From positions 1 to 64,000 of the forward strand of contig JAMDHS010000071.1 in the NCBI GenBank assembly GCA_029717555.1: 64,000 nucleotides of DNA. The letters are read 5' to 3'. Below, piece after piece: positions 60,818 through 64,000 of the stretch (positions within the stretch are counted from its first letter, which is position 1; each line of letters opens with the position of its first letter). A program made the position numbers and the translations under genes. This DNA is from Peribolospora baueri. Its lineage: Eukaryota. The notes beneath the pieces were generated by a model. It was given only the letters and a program-made list of their open reading frames with translations, made no database searches and had not been told where the DNA came from.

Positions 60818-63338
60818 CTACTTCTTGGGGACCCAGAGGTCGACAAACTCGTTCACCGGCATCTTCGACAGCTTGTCGTGGTCCAGCGTCAGCGAAGCGA
60901 GCTGAAGGCAAGGGAAGAGAGAGAAGATGGCGAGTCGGACGGAATAAGCCAGCAAGCAGGGCTCGATGAGTCAGCCCCGTGCGGTCACAACTCACCGACT
61001 CCTGAGTGCCAGGCTCAAAGGTGCCCTTGAGGTGCTTCTGGAGCTTCTCGAGGATGAGAGGCTTGGCATCCTCCCTACGCCTGCGATGTCCGACGGGGTA
61101 GTCGACCTCGACCTCCTCGAGCTTCGTCCCGTCCTTGAGCGTCACCAGGAGCGCATTTCCGATCGACCGCTTTGCCGGCTCGTGGTACTCGACCGAGAAA
61201 CGACTGTCCTCAACGCACTCCATCTTGGCGCGGAGCTCGTCGATGCGCGGGTCCGCGGCCACGTCGTCGGAGTAGTCACTCGGAGTGAGGCGGCCGAAGA
61301 TGAGGGGTACGGCGACCATGTACTGGGAACGTGGAAGGGCGGACCGACGTCCAACGTTAGCATTCGCGCGGCACGACAAAGCAAGAGCCGAATGGCAAGA
61401 CGAGCCAGCGAACCCACCTGAATGCAATGGTCGCGGTCGGCAAAGTTGTCTGCAAGAGCGGCGGCAGGCACCACGACCGTCCGCGCGTCAGCCTCCGGCG
61501 AATCTCATCTCATTCCCACAACTTCCCATATGCTCTTCCCCACTCACTCAGCTTGCCCTGCTTGCTGATGATGCGAATCGCAGCCTCCTGGGTGCGAATG
61601 CGGATGTGCGCAATGTCATCGCTCGACTTGCCCATCTCCTTGAGCTTCTGGTGCAGCGTGTGGGCCGCTTCGACGGCCGTCTGCGCGTGGAACTCGGCGG
61701 GAGAGAGCTTGAAGCTAAGCGGGCCGAAAGGCAAAGGTCGAGGAAAGGACGGTAAATTGGAGACCAACCGCAGATTTAGAGCGGGAGACGGAAAAGAAAA
61801 AGAAGGAAGACACGACTCACAGCACGTTCTCCATCACGTACGAGCCGTAAGGGCGCTGGAACTTGAAAGGCTGACCTCTGTGAACCAAAGACAAAGAAAG
61901 GCGATCGTCAGGACCGCGTGTCGGTGCGCGGCTAAAGCCGGTTCCTTCGCCCACGCACTTGTTGAGCACATCATAGTAACCCCAGGTCTTGGCGGTCAAG
62001 ACGCTAGGGTAGCCCATCTCTCCCTTTTTGACAAGGAGCGCGAGGTTGACGGCGCGGGAGCAGGCGTCGCCGGCGGCCCAGGACTTGCGCGAGCCGGCGT
62101 TAGGGGCGTGGCGGTAGGTGCGGAGAGACTGGCCGTCGACCCAGGCCTGCGAGATGGCGTCGATGGTCTGCTCCTTGGTCAGGCCGCTGGAGGGTGGAGA
62201 CGATCGGGCGGGCGGCACCGAGTCGCGTGAGCGGAGGAAAGAACGCCTTCGGCGAACAAACGGCAGGCAGCGCCGGGCGGGCGCCACTCACAGCATCTTG
62301 GAAACGACGGCAGTGCTAGCGACCTTGACGAGCACGACGTGGTCGAGGCCGACACGGTTGAAACTGTTCTCGAGCGCGATGCAGCCCTGAATCTCGTGAG
62401 CCTTGATCGAGGCCGTGAGGACGTCGTGGACGGTCAAGGGGGCCTTGCCCTCGGCAATGGCCGTGCGCGAGAGCCAGTCGGCCACGGCGAGGATGGAGCC
62501 GAGGTTGTCGGAGGGGTGGCCCCACTGGAGGCGGTGAAGGGGACAAGAAGCGATATGGAGGCGGTGAAGGGGACAAGAAGCGATATGAGTTGGCTACTTG
62601 ACGGAGATGAGTTTATCTGGCCACACGGCAGAAAGGCACCAACCTCAGCGGCGAGCCAAGTGTCGTTGTAGTCAAGCCACCTGATCAGGGCACCGTTGTT
62701 GAACGCAGCGCGGATAGGATCGAGCTGGTAGGGCTGTAGGCACACACGAGAGGGTCATGGGAATAAGGCATTCGCTTCGTGTTTTGCCCACGACAGTAGA
62801 TGGGCGGCTCACCGTACCGGGAACCTGTGACGAACGTAGGGAAGGCAATCAGCTTGATGGACGTCTACCTCGAGCGCCTCCACCTCTTTCTCACCTTGGC
62901 ACCGTTAGGCACGACAGTGCCTTCGACGACGGGCCCGACAATCTTCCTCGGCGCCTCAAACTTAAGCGCTTCCATGGCGCAGCCGAGCGAGTCCATGAGG
63001 ACGAGGCGGGCGGTCTGGTACGCCTCGTCGGAGAGGGCGCTGTCGGGCTGGAAGACGTAGTCGGCAATGTCGACCATCACCTGGTCGGGCGGAGGACGTT
63101 CGTTCTTCTCGCCCTTTGCATCGTGCTGGACGGCAGCCATGGCGGAGGTGCGAGTGGTGGAAAAGGGGCGAAGAGTGCGAGAGAGAGGAGGGACGGCGGG
63201 GGACCGGGCGGGGGCGACGGCGGAGAGAACGGTGGGCCGCGGGGCGAGAGCGAAGGCTGAAAGGGTACGAGCGCGGGCGGTGAAGGAGAGGGGAGCTGAG
63301 AGGGACGAGGGGTGGACGTTGATGGGCAACCTGGGCAT
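60818..63338 (-). CDS. PDH1: 2-methylcitrate dehydratase (PrpD/MmgE family), mitochondrial
   Basis: [122 protein letters not shown] and KRSIGNAL. Ends [10 protein letters not shown]. Confidence 0.97.
62526..62587. repeat. Perfect 30-bp tandem duplication in a PDH1 intron
   Basis: TGGAGGCGGTGAAGGGGACAAGAAGCGATA occurs at 62526-62555 and 62556-62585. Confidence 0.9.
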
Positions 63339-63780
63339 CTTGGAGGACGGAAGAGGAGTGAGCGTCCGGAAGAGGAAGGGGTAAAGACGAGCGCACGATG
63401 AGCACGCATTCCTTCTTTCATCCTCTTCTTCTACCCTCGCACCTACCGACCAGCAGACAGACGGCGAAATGCACGTCCGTTGTTCGCTCGTCGCTCACCT
63501 TGTCTAACAATGCGAAGCGATGCTCGGAAGCGAGGGGCCTTTGGCGGTTGGCGTATTGGTGGAAGAGAGGAAGAAGAAGGGCCTTTTAAGACCTTGTCTG
63601 TCTTTCTGTCTGTCGCTGGCTCGCGAAGCTTGTGACGGCTGCCGCAGCACTCCGGGAATAGCCGGCCCGGGCCCCCTCCTTCTCCCCACAGTGACTGGCT
63701 CCCCCGCGCGAAGAGCCGGCAATGGACAGACGGGGGGAGCTCACATCACGACAGACAGGGACACGGCTTGATATGATAGG

Positions 63781-63830
63781 ACATGACATGACATGACATG
63801 ACATGACATGACATGACATGACATGTCATG
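63781..63830. repeat. (ACATG)9 pentanucleotide microsatellite
   Basis: Nine perfect ACATG units at 63781-63825, followed by TCATG. Confidence 0.95.
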
Positions 63831-64000
63831 AATTGGAAACGACAGGACAGGACAGGGCATAACATAACAGGATCGGATCTGGGCGCTTTTTGGACAAACA
63901 CATGCGCGCCTCCATCCCCCATCCCCCATCCCCCCACCGAATGGACCACTCCAGCACGGTTACGCCGCAGCAACTCTCCTCCCCAGTCCCTGGAAGTTGT

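Noticed and set aside
1250..63384. Numerous long antisense or alternate-frame ORFs (e.g. 1911-2597, 32128-32886, 58745-59395, 61427-62230)
   Set aside because: Shadow ORFs opposite or within confidently called GC-rich genes.
1..64000. Pheromone precursor/receptor, transposon, CRISPR or prokaryotic defence systems
   Set aside because: No short CaaX-terminated pheromone-like ORF, STE3-like 7TM protein, transposase/RT motif, terminal repeats or repeat-spacer array was seen. Very short spliced genes could still be missed by eye.

Overview
Gene-dense, GC-rich, intron-rich fungal DNA. The protein sequences and the short GT-AG introns with CTRAY-type branch points point to a basidiomycete; the lineage cannot be fixed from sequence alone. 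I read about 20 spliced protein-coding genes: RSE1, FEX1, a GNL1/LSG1-type GTPase, a Sel1-repeat protein, RFC4, AIR1/2, a Zn2Cys6 factor, FCP1, RPL35, STE11, PTH1, a secreted GH43, IKS1, AIP1, SLD2, a BCL7/Rtt102-like protein, MTM1, an F-box-like protein, an FMP25-like RCC1 protein and PDH1/prpD. There is also one heavily decayed sugar-porter pseudogene. No transposon, rRNA, tRNA or CRISPR array was seen. Most of the window is housekeeping and I cannot demonstrate a new biological system. The best leads are: a cryptic three-exon BCL7/Rtt102-like SWI/SNF subunit; STE11-IKS1 linkage reminiscent of mating-type P/R synteny; a Sel1 protein with both a mitochondrial-type N-terminus and a C-terminal CaaX; a Cys-bearing loop in MTM1; a spliced minus-strand transcript with a C/D-box snoRNA-like element upstream of STE11; and a telomere-repeat element upstream of RPL35. 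Gene ends were derived by manual splicing and family calls come from motif recognition, not database searches.
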